Shown here piece after piece: positions 30,625 to 45,138 of a stretch of DNA of 64,000 bases. The stretch lies in NCBI GenBank assembly GCA_963668645.2, contig CAXXWC010000019.1, positions 288,001-352,000 of the forward strand, read 5' to 3'. The stretch's first letter is position 1. Each line of letters starts with the position of its first letter. The notes below the pieces were generated by a model. It was not told the origin of the DNA. It saw nothing but the letters and a program-made list of their open reading frames with translations, and did not search any database. Position numbers and translations under genes: made by a program. Source of the stretch: Desulfobacterales bacterium (GTDB lineage Bacteria; Desulfobacterota; Desulfobacteria; Desulfobacterales; UBA2174).

Positions 30625-32988
30625 TCAGGCCACGGCGCGGCCTTGTATTTCCCGCTTGAGGCGCTGGCGCTCACCGATAGGCAGGGTCAGGGTCGGATCT
30701 TTGCGAATGCGCAGTTTCTGCATGAAAAAAACCACCACCCAGAGTCCGATCCCCATGGCGTCCACCAGCAACGTGGGCAGATCGACCCAGAATACGATCC
30801 AGTTGATCAGGTGCGGGAAAAAGAGCAGCAGGGTCGACAGGGCGGCGATGATCCACTCGAAAACCGTCATCCCGCAAAGGAAGTAGCCCATGGTGAGACT
30901 GCCGAAGGCGATGGTCCCCAGCACGATGGTGACCCAGGTGGAGGCCACCTGATAGGCGGGCATGATGTAACCGGGGCCGCCGAGGAGAAATCCCGGTGAA
31001 AAGGCAAAAAGGAAAGGTCCCACATAGAGCATCTTGGCGAACTTGAACGAAGTCCAGCCGGTTTTCCACGGGTCCGAGCCGGCGATGGCCGCCCCGGCAT
31101 AGGCCGCCACGCAGACCGGCGGGGTGATGTTGGAATCCTGGCTGAACCAGTAGACGATCATGTGCGAGGCGATCAGGGCAAAGGCCACCTGCCCCATGAT
31201 CAGGTCGCGCTGCGGGTCTCCCGGCAACAGATCGCCCAGGGGCAGCTGGAGTTCCATGAACCCCACCCCCCAGTGGATGCGGCAGATCATATCGGCCAGG
31301 GCCCCCACGGCCAGAACGGCGGTGATCAGGTAGGCGGCGGTCACCGGTACCCCCATGCCGAGGACCAGCGAGGCCATCCCCACGAGCAGGATGGCGATCA
31401 CCAGCTGCCCGGAGGAGAGTTCGATGATGATCTGGGAAAAACGCAGGCCGATGCCGGTGAGCTGGATCGTGCCCACGATGATGCCGATCACCCCCACGGT
31501 GGCCCCGATGATCAGGGTGTTGCGGGCCCCTTCGTCCATGGCGGCAAGGATCTGCTTGGGACCCATGCGGTTGTCGGCGGTCAACCAACTGACGCCGATG
31601 CAGGACAAGACAGCCCAGAACGCCGCATAGCCCGGCGAGTACCCGAGGAGCATCATCACCACGATCACCAGGAGCGGAATCGACATGAACCATTGCTGTT
31701 TGAGGATCTGCCAGGCGGTGGGGGCGCCCTCTTCGCGGATGCCCACCAGACCGTAGCGCTTGGCCTCGAAATGAACCATCACGAAGACCGACAGAAAGTA
31801 GATCAGCGCCGGGAAGATGGCCATGAGCATGATCTTGACGTAGGGGATCTCGGTCATCTCGGCCATGATGAAGCCGCCGGCGCCCATGATGGGCGGCATG
31901 AACATGCCGCCGATGGACGAAGCCGGTTCGATGGCCCCGGCCACGTGGGGCTTGAATCCGGCCTTTTTCATCAAGGGGATGGTAAAGGCGCCGGTGGACA
32001 CCGTGTTGGCGATGGCCGACCCGGAAACCGAACCGAAGAACCCGGAGGCCATCACGGCCACCTTGGCCGGCCCGCCCACGGTGCGGCCGGCGATGGCCAT
32101 GGGCAGATCGAGAAAGAAACGGCTGGCACCCGAATACTTGAGAAACGAACCGAAAAAGATAAAGAGGATGACGTAGGTGACCAGCACCGAGGCCATGATG
32201 CCGAACACGCCTTCCTGCTTGTAGTAGATATGGTTCAGGGCGCGGTCGACCTTGAAGCCGGTGTGGGCGAAGGACTTGAGAATCGGAATCCCGTGCAGGG
32301 CATCGCCCCAGAAGGCATAGGCGAGAAACGCGACCCCCACCAGGGTCATGGACCAGCCCAGGACCCGGCGCGCCACCTCCAGCGAGATGAGGATCCCCAG
32401 GGCGCTGACCGCCGTATCCAGCGCCGTTTCAGATCCCATGCGGTAGTTGATGGCCGCGTATTCGACGATAAAGTATCCCACCACGAAAAGCGCCACCAGG
32501 GCCATGAGAAGGTCCAGCGGCAGCGGGGTTGCCCCGTCGTTGCGCCCCCAGTTGCGGATCGGCAGAAAGAAGATCACCGCCGCACCGATTCCCACCAGGG
32601 CGTAAATGGGGTTGATCCCTTCCAGCGGGGTCTTGAGCCCCTTGGCGCCCAGGGCGAAATGCAGCAGGTAGTAAACCAGCATCATGACGGTGATGAACGA
32701 AATCGCGCTGTCGATGTAATAGTCTTTTTCTTTGGGCGAGGCGGAGGTGGTCGGATAATGAATCAGTACCATCACATAGGTGAGCAGCACGTAGAGCCCT
32801 AAAAAATACTGGGTATCCACCGGCGTGGCCGCACAATACATGTAAAAGAGCACCATGCCGATGCCCATGCCGGTAAACAGCCAGTGCCAGAAACCGGTCA
32901 TGGCCCGGCCGGTCTTGGAATCCTTGCGGACGATCTCCTTTAACTTTTCTTGATCCGCCGCCGTTGTGGGAACTTCTGGTTCGGTCAT
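30625..32988 (-). CDS. TAXI-type TRAP transporter fused permease (4TM/12TM)
   Basis: GGPAKVAV, SGSAIAN.V.TG.FTIPLM, LGMGVP.TAAY, ITPPVC.AAYA.A.IA. Confidence 0.92.
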   Translation of the reverse strand: MTEPEVPTTAADQEKLKEIVRKDSKTGRAMTGFWHWLFTGMGIGMVLFYMYCAATPVDTQYFLGLYVLLTYVMVLIHYPTTSASPKEKDYYIDSAISFITVMMLVYYLLHFALGAKGLKTPLEGINPIYALVGIGAAVIFFLPIRNWGRNDGATPLPLDLLMALVALFVVGYFIVEYAAINYRMGSETALDTAVSALGILISLEVARRVLGWSMTLVGVAFLAYAFWGDALHGIPILKSFAHTGFKVDRALNHIYYKQEGVFGIMASVLVTYVILFIFFGSFLKYSGASRFFLDLPMAIAGRTVGGPAKVAVMASGFFGSVSGSAIANTVSTGAFTIPLMKKAGFKPHVAGAIEPASSIGGMFMPPIMGAGGFIMAEMTEIPYVKIMLMAIFPALIYFLSVFVMVHFEAKRYGLVGIREEGAPTAWQILKQQWFMSIPLLVIVVMMLLGYSPGYAAFWAVLSCIGVSWLTADNRMGPKQILAAMDEGARNTLIIGATVGVIGIIVGTIQLTGIGLRFSQIIIELSSGQLVIAILLVGMASLVLGMGVPVTAAYLITAVLAVGALADMICRIHWGVGFMELQLPLGDLLPGDPQRDLIMGQVAFALIASHMIVYWFSQDSNITPPVCVAAYAGAAIAGSDPWKTGWTSFKFAKMLYVGPFLFAFSPGFLLGGPGYIMPAYQVASTWVTIVLGTIAFGSLTMGYFLCGMTVFEWIIAALSTLLLFFPHLINWIVFWVDLPTLLVDAMGIGLWVVVFFMQKLRIRKDPTLTLPIGERQRLKREIQGRAVA

Positions 32989-33054
32989 GATGGTGTCCTC
33001 GTTCAGCCCGTCGGGGCAGTGCGCCCGGTAAAGGACGCCAACCGTTTGATGGCC

Positions 33055-33087
33055 AAAAGGGGAAGCGCCGCAGCGGCGCTTCCCCTT
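33055..33087 (-). terminator. Hairpin/terminator after the TAXI substrate-binding gene
   Basis: Perfect 14-bp stem AAGGGGAAGCGCCG-CAG-CGGCGCTTCCCCTT. Confidence 0.7.
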
Positions 33088-33110
33088 CGGGAATCTGGGG
33101 GTTCAACAGA

Positions 33111-34091
33111 TCACTTGGGCATCAGCCTGGCCGGGATCTCCTTGCCCTGTTCCTTCCAGAACTTGACCGCCCCGGGGTGCAGGGGCACCGAAGCGCCCTT
33201 GAAGTTGTTCTCCAGGGTCATTTCCTTGAAGGTCTTCTTGGCCATGACCATCGCCTCCATGCCCTGCTTGGACCAGAGGGTCTTCATGATGGTATAGATC
33301 AGCTCCTCGTCCAGGTCCTTGTTGGCGGTGAGGATCGCGCCGTCCTGGAAGGACTTGCAGTCGGGCATCTCCTTGCCGTAGGTGCCGGCCGGAATCACGG
33401 TCGGCGCATAGGCGAAGGCATCGTAGAATTTGGTCTTTTCAGCGTCCACGCCCACATCCACCAGGGCGATCTTGACCTGCACGGCCGCCTCGATGATCGA
33501 ACGGTTGGGATAGCCCACCAGGACCCAGAAAGCGTCGATCTTGCCGTCCTGGAAGGCGCTGGCGGCCTGGCTGTAGCCGAGGAAGGTGGGTTTGAAATCG
33601 TCCCAGAGGCCGATATGGCGGAAGAAGCGCTCGGCGCTGGCGGCAGCCCCCGAGCCGGCATTGCCCAGGGCGACGCGCTTGCCCTTGAGATCCATGGCGC
33701 TCTTGATGCCGGCATCGGTGCGCACCACCAACTGGGCCGGGGCCCCGTAGAGGTAGCCCATGGTGCGGATCCCGTCATACTTGTTCTCGTCCTGGGGCAG
33801 CTTGCCCTTGAAGCCCAGATCGGAGTCCACCGCGTAGCAGATGCCGAAATCCGACTCGCCGTTGTGGACCCGCTTGACGTTTTCCACCGAGCCGCCCGAG
33901 CCGACTGAGGTGGCCTTGATGTTGGCGTTGACCTTGGGCACATAGACGGCCATGGCGTTGGTGAACGTGTTGAACGTCCCGCCCGTGGGGCCGCCGCCGA
34001 TCTTGATGCTGTAATCCTTGGCCTGCACTGTGGTCATACCCGCCAGAATGACGGTGACGGACAACAAACTGATCCAGAGTAATTTTTTCAT
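33111..34091 (-). CDS. TAXI-family TRAP substrate-binding protein
   Basis: GG.TGGTF, GGSVEN, DLKGKRV..G.AGSG, PLHPGA.KFW.E. Confidence 0.92.
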   Translation of the reverse strand: MKKLLWISLLSVTVILAGMTTVQAKDYSIKIGGGPTGGTFNTFTNAMAVYVPKVNANIKATSVGSGGSVENVKRVHNGESDFGICYAVDSDLGFKGKLPQDENKYDGIRTMGYLYGAPAQLVVRTDAGIKSAMDLKGKRVALGNAGSGAAASAERFFRHIGLWDDFKPTFLGYSQAASAFQDGKIDAFWVLVGYPNRSIIEAAVQVKIALVDVGVDAEKTKFYDAFAYAPTVIPAGTYGKEMPDCKSFQDGAILTANKDLDEELIYTIMKTLWSKQGMEAMVMAKKTFKEMTLENNFKGASVPLHPGAVKFWKEQGKEIPARLMPK

Positions 34092-34195
34092 TACGCTCCT
34101 CCCGGTTGAAAGGTTGAAGTGATCCGTTGGGCGTTCCTGGATAGGTCCGCAAGCGGAAACAGAAAATAATGGAAAGACGATTGGCCAGCTATCCA

Positions 34196-34211
34196 TGCAA
34201 ATCCTGAGCCA
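34196..34211 (-). promoter_or_regulatory. Sigma54 promoter for TAXI-TRAP/usp/mdh
   Basis: TGGCTCAGGATTTGCA (GG-N10-GC) on the minus strand. Confidence 0.75.
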
Positions 34212-34316
34212 CTAGAAATTTTGGCGCAGCCCGGTGCCGACCGTCGAATCGGTGAGCCGGTTTGTGCCCTCTGCTTGCCGTTTCACCGGCGTCTCCAGCG
34301 CACCGCCATCGAAATC

Positions 34317-34361
34317 CCGGCGGCCAATTTCCGCCGCCATGTGGCGAAAATTGGCCGCCGG
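34317..34361. promoter_or_regulatory. 19-bp inverted repeat, candidate enhancer (UAS) shared by the divergent sigma54 promoters
   Basis: CCGGCGGCCAATTTCCGCC-N7-GGCGAAAATTGGCCGCCGG, one mismatch. Confidence 0.55.
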
Positions 34362-34466
34362 AACCATCTGAAACGCCTCCGATCCCGCCCCGGCATTGCG
34401 GGCTTCATGGACCGTGGGCACGGGCGGGCATGGAAGACTTGCGGGCTTCAGCCGGCCTCTGAATTC

Positions 34467-34481
34467 TGGCGTGTTTCTTGC
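34467..34481 (+). promoter_or_regulatory. Sigma54 promoter for sdhCAB
   Basis: TGGCGTGTTTCTTGC (GG-N10-GC). Confidence 0.75.
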
Positions 34482-34570
34482 TTAAGCTTCTAAATTTAAA
34501 CCGAAAGGCGGATGACCGCCGATAACGGATTCAGCACAACGCCTGTCACGATCCACCACGGAGGAGGAAC

Positions 34571-35212
34571 ATGCACTGGTTTATGGAGACAATCGGCACG
34601 GCCATCGGCAAGAAGGTGTTAATGGCGTTGAGCGGGCTTTGTTTTTGCGGTTTTCTGGCGGCCCATCTGGCCGGCAACCTGCTGCTGGTCAAGGGGGCCG
34701 ACGCGTTCAACGCCTATGCCGACCGGCTGCAGTCGCTCGGGGCCCTGCTGCGTGTGGCCGAGGCCGGGCTGATCGTTCTGGCCCTGGTGCACGTGGGCAC
34801 CGGGCTCTATCTGTTTTACCAGAACTGGCGGGCCCGGCCGGTGCGCTACCGGGTCAACGCCACGGCCGGGGGCCAGAGCCTCGGGTCGGCCACCATGCCC
34901 TATACCGGTCTTTTGCTGCTGGGCTTTATCGTGTTTCATCTGTTGCACTTCACCTTCGTGGACAAGAGCGCCACCACGGTGTTCGCCCTGGTGGCCGAGG
35001 CGTTTTCCCATCCGGTTTACGTGGGGCTGTACATTGCGGCGGTGGTGGTGGCGGCCGTGCACGTAAGCCACGGGTTCTGGAGCGCCTTTCAGAGCCTGGG
35101 GCTCAACCACGGCAAGTATTTCGGCCTGGTGCGGGGCCTGGGGCTGGCATTTGCCCTGATCGTGGGAGCGGGGTTCGGCTTTTTGCCGGTCTACGTGGGC
35201 ATGGTGGTATAG
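34571..35212 (+). CDS. sdhC: Succinate dehydrogenase/fumarate reductase cytochrome b subunit (5-TM dihaem type)
   Basis: IGKK.LMA.SG, HL.GN, FH.LHF, H..HGFWSAFQSLG. Confidence 0.92.
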   Translation: MHWFMETIGTAIGKKVLMALSGLCFCGFLAAHLAGNLLLVKGADAFNAYADRLQSLGALLRVAEAGLIVLALVHVGTGLYLFYQNWRARPVRYRVNATAGGQSLGSATMPYTGLLLLGFIVFHLLHFTFVDKSATTVFALVAEAFSHPVYVGLYIAAVVVAAVHVSHGFWSAFQSLGLNHGKYFGLVRGLGLAFALIVGAGFGFLPVYVGMVV

Positions 35213-35276
35213 GTCTTATTTGTCCTATCGGTCTTATTTGGGCTCCATAGGACCCATAGGACAGATAGGACTTATA
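35208..35276. repeat. 9-bp-unit tandem and inverted repeat forming a hairpin of about 30 bp
   Basis: ATAGGACCC ATAGGACAG ATAGGACTT opposite TATAGGTCTTATTTGTCCTATCGGTCTTAT. Confidence 0.8.
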
Positions 35277-35320
35277 GCGCTTCTTTAAATTTCACGGCAA
35301 CACAACAGCAGGAGACAGTC

Positions 35321-37233
<1,913 letters not shown>

Positions 37234-37237
<4 letters not shown>

Positions 37238-38001
37238 GCAGCCGCACCATCGATTTGACGCTTCTGGTCTGGCGCCAGAACGGCGCGCGCGACAAGGGCC
37301 GCTTCGAGACCCTGCGCGCGGCCGGGATATCCACGGACATGAGCTTTCTGGAGATGCTCGACGTGGTCAACGAACGCCTGAGCCTGGACGGCAAGGAGCC
37401 CATCGCCTTTGACCACGATTGCCGCGAGGGGATCTGCGGCATGTGCGGGGCGGTGATCAACGGCCGGCCCCACGGCCCGCAGCCGGGCACCACGCTGTGC
37501 CAGCTGCACATGCGCCACTTTTCCAACGGCGACACCCTGGCCATCGAGCCGTTCCGGGCCCGGGCCTTCAAGGTGGTCAAGGACCTGGTGGTGGACCGTT
37601 CGGCCCTGGACCGGCTGATGGCGGCCGGCGGCTACATTTCGGTCAACGCCGGATCGGCCCCCGAGGCCAACGCGACCCCCATCGGGGCCGAAGCGGCCGA
37701 GCGGGCCATGGACGCGGCGGCCTGCATCGGCTGCGGGGCCTGCGTGGCGGCCTGCCCCAACGCCTCGGCAATGCTCTTTGTAGGCGCCAAGGTCAGCCAC
37801 CTGGCCCTGCTGCCCCAGGGCCGTCCCGAGGCGGCCCGGCGGGCCCTGGCCATGGTGCGCGCGGCCGACGACCTCGGGTTCGGCAACTGCACCAACGTGA
37901 CCGAGTGCGCCGCCGAGTGCCCCAAGGAGATCTCCATCGTCAACATCGCCCGGCTCAACCGCGAGTTTCTAAAGGCCGCCCTGTTCTCCAACGAAGTCTA
38001 G
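37234..38001 (+). CDS. sdhB: Succinate dehydrogenase/fumarate reductase iron-sulfur subunit
   Basis: GTG start overlapping the sdhA stop; [32 protein letters not shown]. Confidence 0.95.
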
Positions 38002-38053
38002 GCCGCCGGGCCATCGCATGATCATTGATTCTCAACGGTCTCAAGGAGGCCTA

Positions 38054-38218
38054 ATGCCATCCGAAAAGCAAACCGCCGCGGCCCTGGCCGCCGTGGCGAC
38101 CTACATACAGCAGGAGGAGGCGGCCCGCCTGTCCGCCCCGCGGCTGATTCCGGCAGGCGCCTACAACCAGCTCTATCTGCTCTACATGCAGCTGCACGCC
38201 ATTTTCGGAGCCAGATAA
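38054..38218 (+). CDS. Small protein resembling the short accessory subunits encoded beside biotin-dependent carboxyltransferases
   Basis: AAGGAGG RBS; AAALAAVATYIQQEE helix; lies directly before the carboxyltransferase gene. Confidence 0.55.
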   Translation: MPSEKQTAAALAAVATYIQQEEAARLSAPRLIPAGAYNQLYLLYMQLHAIFGAR

Positions 38219-38251
38219 CTAGCATATCGAATCGTAAAAAGGAGCCTTGTC

Positions 38252-40243
38252 ATGAGCGACCACGACCAGGTCAAGATGACCCAGATGCGCTACGAACCGG
38301 AGCGGCCCAAGGCGGCCAACCCGGTCAAGATCGAGGATTTGAGCCTGCGCGACGGACACCAGAGTCTGTTTGCCACCCGCGGGCGTACCGAAGACATGCT
38401 GCCGGTGGCCGAGATGATGGACCAGGTGGGCTTTTGGGCCATGGAGGTCTGGGGCGGGGCCACCTTCGACACGATGCACCGGTTTTTGAACGAAGACCCC
38501 TGGGAGCGGATCCGCACCCTCAAGCGCTACATCAAAAAGACGCCCTTTTCGATGCTGCTGCGCGGCCAGAACCTGGTCGGCTACCGCAACTACGCCGATG
38601 ATGTGGCCGAGGCCTTTGTCGAGCGGGCCTGCGAAAACGGCATGGACGTGTTCCGCACCTTCGATGCGCTCAACGACTATCGCAACTTCGAGACGGTGGT
38701 GCCGGTGATCAAGCGCTGCGGCAAGCATTTTCAGGGCTGCATCTGCTACACCCTCACCGAGCCGCGCCTGGGCGGCGAGGTCTACAACCTGGACTACTAC
38801 GTCAACAAGGCCAAGGCCCTTGCCGAGATGGGGGCCGACAGCGTCTGCGTCAAGGACATGGCCGGTCTGATCGCGCCGTATGACGCCTACGAAATCATCA
38901 AGGGGATCAAGGCGGCGGTGGACGTGCCGGTGCACCTGCACAGCCATTTCACCTCGGGCATGAGCGCCATGAGCCACCTGAAGGCCATCGAGGCCGGGGT
39001 GGACATCATCGACACGTGCCTGTCGCCGTACGCCTATCGCACGAGCCATGCGGCCTTGGAGCCGCTGGTGATGACCCTGCTGGGCACGGACCGCGACACG
39101 GGGTTCGACATCCGGCTGCTGGGGCGGATCAACGGGATCCTGGAAAAGCAGGTGATGCCCAAGTACCGCCATCTTCTGGATGACACCAAGATGTCGATCA
39201 TCGACATCAACGTCTTGCTGCACCAGACCCCGGGCGGGATGCTCAGCAACCTGGTCAACCAGCTGCGCGAGATGGACGCGCTGGACAAGATCGACGCGGT
39301 CTACAAGGAGCTGCCGCGGGTCCGAAAGGAGCTGGGCCAGATTCCGCTGGTCACGCCCACCAGCCAGATCGTGGGGATCCAGACAGTCAACAACGTGCTG
39401 TTCGACGACGAGACCGAGCGCTACAAGATGATCACGGCCCAGGTCAAGGATCTGTGCTACGGGCTGTACGGCAAGACGGCGGTGCCCATCGACGCCGAGG
39501 TGCAAAAGAAGGCCTTGAAGGGGTATGCGCGCGGCGAGGAGCCGATCACCTGCCGGCCGGCCGAGGTGCTCGATCCCGAGCTGCCCAAGGCCAAGCAGGA
39601 TGTGGGGAATCTGGCCCTGGAACAGGACGACCTGATCACCTACGCGCTCTATCCGGTGACGGGCAAGCGCTTTTTGAGCTGGAAGTACGGCCATGAGCCG
39701 GCGCCCGAGGAGGTGCGGCCGACGACCCTCGAGCAGGTCCGGGCGCGCCAGGAGCTGGTGAAAAAGGCCCTGGCCGGCGAGCTGGTGGCAAAGCCGTCCA
39801 AGGAGGCCCCGGAAAAGAGCGAGGCGGCGCGCACCTTCAACGTGTTCGTGGACGGGGAATACTTCGAGGTGGGCGTGGACGAGGTGGGCGGCAGCCCGGT
39901 GCTGAGCTACATCCAGCAGATGCCGGCGGCCCCGGCGTATGCACCGCCGGTCGCAGCCCCGGCCCCCAAGGCAGCCCCCAGTGCGGCCCCGGAAAAGAGC
40001 GCGGCGCCGGCGCCGGCCGATCCGCCCGAGGGGACACCGCTGGCGGCCCCCATGCCCGGGATGATCGTCAGCGTGGCCAAGCAGGTGGGCGAGAAGGTGG
40101 AAAAGGGCGACACCCTGGTGGTGCTCGAAGCCATGAAGATGGAAAACGCCCTGCCCTCGCCGGTCTCGGGCACGGTCCAGGCGGTCAACGTGGCCCAGGG
40201 GGCCAACGTCTCCAAGGGGCAGGTACTGGTGGTGGTGGGCTAA
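38252..40243 (+). CDS. pycB: Pyruvate carboxylase subunit B / oxaloacetate decarboxylase alpha-like carboxyltransferase with biotinyl domain
   Basis: LRDGHQSL.ATR, WGGATFD, KDMAG, HLHSH, PGGMLSNL, LVTPTSQIVG, Pro/Ala linker, EAMKM biotin site. Confidence 0.9.
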   Translation: MSDHDQVKMTQMRYEPERPKAANPVKIEDLSLRDGHQSLFATRGRTEDMLPVAEMMDQVGFWAMEVWGGATFDTMHRFLNEDPWERIRTLKRYIKKTPFSMLLRGQNLVGYRNYADDVAEAFVERACENGMDVFRTFDALNDYRNFETVVPVIKRCGKHFQGCICYTLTEPRLGGEVYNLDYYVNKAKALAEMGADSVCVKDMAGLIAPYDAYEIIKGIKAAVDVPVHLHSHFTSGMSAMSHLKAIEAGVDIIDTCLSPYAYRTSHAALEPLVMTLLGTDRDTGFDIRLLGRINGILEKQVMPKYRHLLDDTKMSIIDINVLLHQTPGGMLSNLVNQLREMDALDKIDAVYKELPRVRKELGQIPLVTPTSQIVGIQTVNNVLFDDETERYKMITAQVKDLCYGLYGKTAVPIDAEVQKKALKGYARGEEPITCRPAEVLDPELPKAKQDVGNLALEQDDLITYALYPVTGKRFLSWKYGHEPAPEEVRPTTLEQVRARQELVKKALAGELVAKPSKEAPEKSEAARTFNVFVDGEYFEVGVDEVGGSPVLSYIQQMPAAPAYAPPVAAPAPKAAPSAAPEKSAAPAPADPPEGTPLAAPMPGMIVSVAKQVGEKVEKGDTLVVLEAMKMENALPSPVSGTVQAVNVAQGANVSKGQVLVVVG

Positions 40244-40512
40244 AACGTACCGTAATCGTGGAACAAACAGCGCGCAGCGGTTGGGCCGCGCTTGGATTCC
40301 AGGCATTGAACAATCCGCTTGCACACAGGCCGTTCCGCCCGATACGGGGTCGGGCGGCCTGTGGCATCTGAGCCGGCATGGATTTCATCGCACCGAAGAG
40401 ATATAATCCGAAAAACGACACTGGGCCCGAGGCCGGAACGACCTCGATGGGAATCTCCGGGCCCAGGCCATCCCAACGTCTGCCACACCGGACCAACGCC
40501 GGCAGCCCCAAA

Positions 40513-43500
40513 ATGCGCTTCGGAATCCTCAAAAAGTTTCTGGCGGCCTTTTTGCTGCTCTCCCTCTTGCCTTTGTTGGGGTTGAGCTACTATGCACGCC
40601 ATAAGGTGGTGGAAGTCGGTCAGACCGCCGTCGCCAGCAGCCGCCAGGCCCTGACGCAAAACGCCATGTCCCTGCTCGAAGCCCGGGCCCGGGCCATCGC
40701 CCAGCAGGTGGAGCTTTTCCTGCTGGGGGTGGCCGACGATCTTAAATCCCTGGCCATGCTCCCCCCCGACGCGGACCGCTACCGCCGCTTTCATCAAGTC
40801 CACCAGCGGCATATCTGGATCCGCGTCGGCAGCCCGCAGCACCCCGAGGAAATCCGTCCCCTGATTCCCCTCTACCGGGAAGTGGCCTGGGCCGATGCGG
40901 ACGGCATCGAAAGGATCCGGGTCACCGACGGCCGGATTCAAACCGTACCGCGGGTGGTCTCGGGTCCCTTTATCAGCGACTTCGGCAAGGAGGACTACTT
41001 CCGGCGCGCGCGGGAGCTTTCACCGGACGAGTTCTACGTCTCGCACCTCACCGGCCGCCACGTGCGCCCCGAAGAGCAGCTGCGCGGCGCCCCCAACGTC
41101 GAAACCGCCATCGGCGGCGGCGAATACCGGGGCATCGTCCGTTTCGCCATTCCCGTCTATCAGGACAACCGGTTTGCCGGGGTGGCCTCGGTGGCCCTGG
41201 ATCACCGGCATCTGATGGAACACACCCAGCATGTGCTGCCCATCGGTTCGGCCGAGGTGATCTTTCCGAGCTATACCAGCGGCAACTATGCCTTTTTGTT
41301 CGACGACGAAGGCTGGATCATCACCCATCCCAAGTTCTGGGATATCCGCGGCTACGATCCGGATACCGGGGTGTTGATCGATCCAAAGTCGCCCCAGTAC
41401 AACGAAGAAAGCCTCAAGGCCGGCCTGGCTCCGTTCAACCTGCTGCATGTGCCCTTTATCCACACCAACTACCGCTATATCGCCCTGGAGGTGCTCGACG
41501 GCCGCTCCGGCGTGACCCGCACCAGCAGCGTGGGCGGGGTCGCCCGGGTCATGGCTTTTGCCCCCATCCGCTTTCCCCACGGCGAATATGGTGCGCGCGG
41601 CTTTTTCGGCGGGGTAACCCTGGGCGCGCAGACCGACACCTTTCAAAAAGCGGTGGACGAAACCGCCGCAACCATCAACGACGACATCGGCCGCACGGTG
41701 AAAAGCTTCGCCTTCATCATCCTGGCCGCCGGCCTGGTGGTGGGGATGATCGCCGTTATCCTGGCCCGCAGCTTTACCCGGCCCATCCGCTTGCTGGCCG
41801 AAAAAGTCAGGGAGGTCCATCGGGGCCAGTACGATTTTTCGGTCGATATCCGCAGCGGCGACGAACTGGAGCTGCTGGGCCGCAACTTCGAGGAAATGGG
41901 CCATGAGCTGGAAAAGCACCGGCGCCACCTGGTGGCCTCGGTAAACGAATTGAAAGCCTCCAAGGAAGAAATCGAAAGCCATACCCACCGGCTCGAAGAC
42001 CAGCTCGACATTCTCAAGACGATTCATGCCCTGGGCCACCAGCTCAGCATCAATTTCGACCGGGACCGGATCCTGAACGCGGTGGTGACCGGTTGCGTGG
42101 GCGGGTTGGGGTTCGCCCGGGCCATCATCTATCTCTTCGATCCGCAGACCCGCACGCTGGACTGCGCCCAAACCCATGGATTCAGCCCCGAACTGGCCGC
42201 CCGGGCCGCATCGACCCGCTACCATGTGGACCGCCATGACTGCCTGGCGGTCCGCGCCTTCAACAGCGCAGAGCCGCTGCTGATTCGGGACGTGGACAAG
42301 GATGTCTCCCTTACCGCCCTGGACCGTCGCATCGCTTCTGAAAGCGCCGCGGTCTCTTTGGCATTCGCACCGATCCGGGCCGCCGAGCTCACCATCGGGG
42401 TGCTCGGGGCCGACTACGGCGCCGCCGCACGCCGGATCAGCGACGAGGCCATGGCATCCTTGAACATCGTGGCCAACGACGCGGCCCTGGCCCTGGAGCG
42501 GGCCCGCCTGATGGAAGATGTGGTCAAGGAACGCGATTTCATCGAATCGATTTTCGCCAACATGCTCAGCGGGCTGCTGGTGGTCGATACGGACGGGCGC
42601 ATCCACTCGGTCAACCGCAAAGCGGAACAGTTTCTGGGCGCCGCATCGGCCCAGCTTGCCGGCCGGACCCTGGAGGACGTGCTCAGTTCCTACCCCCAGC
42701 TTCTCGAGCTGTTTCGCAAGACCATGACAGGCGATGAGGTCACCTCGAGCCAGGTCGAGATTCAAACCGCCAAGGGGGCCCAGGCCTTTTTGGAAGTCGC
42801 CTCGGCCTGCATCCGCAGTCCGGGCAAGGCCGGCCGCCACCTGGTGCTGCTCATATTCCGGGATGTGACCCCCCGCAAGCGGATGGAGGCCCACCTGCGC
42901 CGCTCGGATCGGCTTGTATCCCTCGGCACCCTGGCCGCCGGCATCGCCCACGAGATCCGCAATCCGCTCACCGGCATCAGCCTCCTGCTCGACGACCTGC
43001 ACGATCGCATGGCCAACCGCACCGATGAACGGCTCCTGATGCAAAGCGCATTGGAGGAGATCGAAAAACTGGAAAAGATCGTCACCGAACTGCTCGAATT
43101 TGCATCCAATCCATCTTCCCGCCGCGTAACCCGGGACCTGCGCAAGGTCCTGGACCATACCCTTTTTCTGATCCACAAGCAGTCCATCCGCCAGGGCGTG
43201 CGCCTGGTCCGCGACAATCCCCAGGGCCTGCCCCCCCTGCGCCTGGACCCTGAAAAGATCAAGCAGGCGACGCTCAACATCCTGCTCAACGCCCTCAACG
43301 TGCTGCCCGAGGGCGGCGAAATCCGCATCACCACCCGGCTGCACGAACGGACCGAAGCCCTGGAGGGGCGCCGCGGAGTGGAACTGACCATCTCCGACAA
43401 CGGTCCGGGGATCCATCCCGAAGACCTGGAATACATCTTCGATCCGTTTTTTACCCGCAATCCCAAGGGATTCGGATTGGGGCTGTCCATCGCCCACACC

Positions 43501-43600
43501 ATCGTCGAAGAGCATCAGGGACGGATCGTGGTGGAAAACATCCCGGACGCAGGCGCCTGCTTTCACATCTTTTTGCCCGTAGAAAACGAAGGAAACGGCA

Positions 43601-43623
<23 letters not shown>
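40513..43623 (+). CDS. Sensor histidine kinase (periplasmic Cache-like, HAMP, GAF, PAS, HisKA/HATPase)
   Basis: Two TMs flanking a large periplasmic domain, HAMP DELE.L, AAGIAHEIRNPL H-box, DNGPGI, FDPFFT, G.GLGL. Confidence 0.92.
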
Positions 43624-44995
<1,372 letters not shown>

Positions 44996-45138
44996 AGGTT
45001 GACGCTCTTAAAAAGGCGCCTATATTTGAATTTTTCTCGTCCTGCGCCACCGGCCTTCACCGCCCAGCGAAGCGGAATGCCTCCGAGCCATACTCGGATC
45101 ACGAATCCTTCTTTCCCAAACCGGACGAGTACCTGACC

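Noticed and set aside
39915..40035. Repetitive GC-rich tract in pycB
   Set aside because: It encodes the ordinary Pro/Ala linker before the biotinyl domain.
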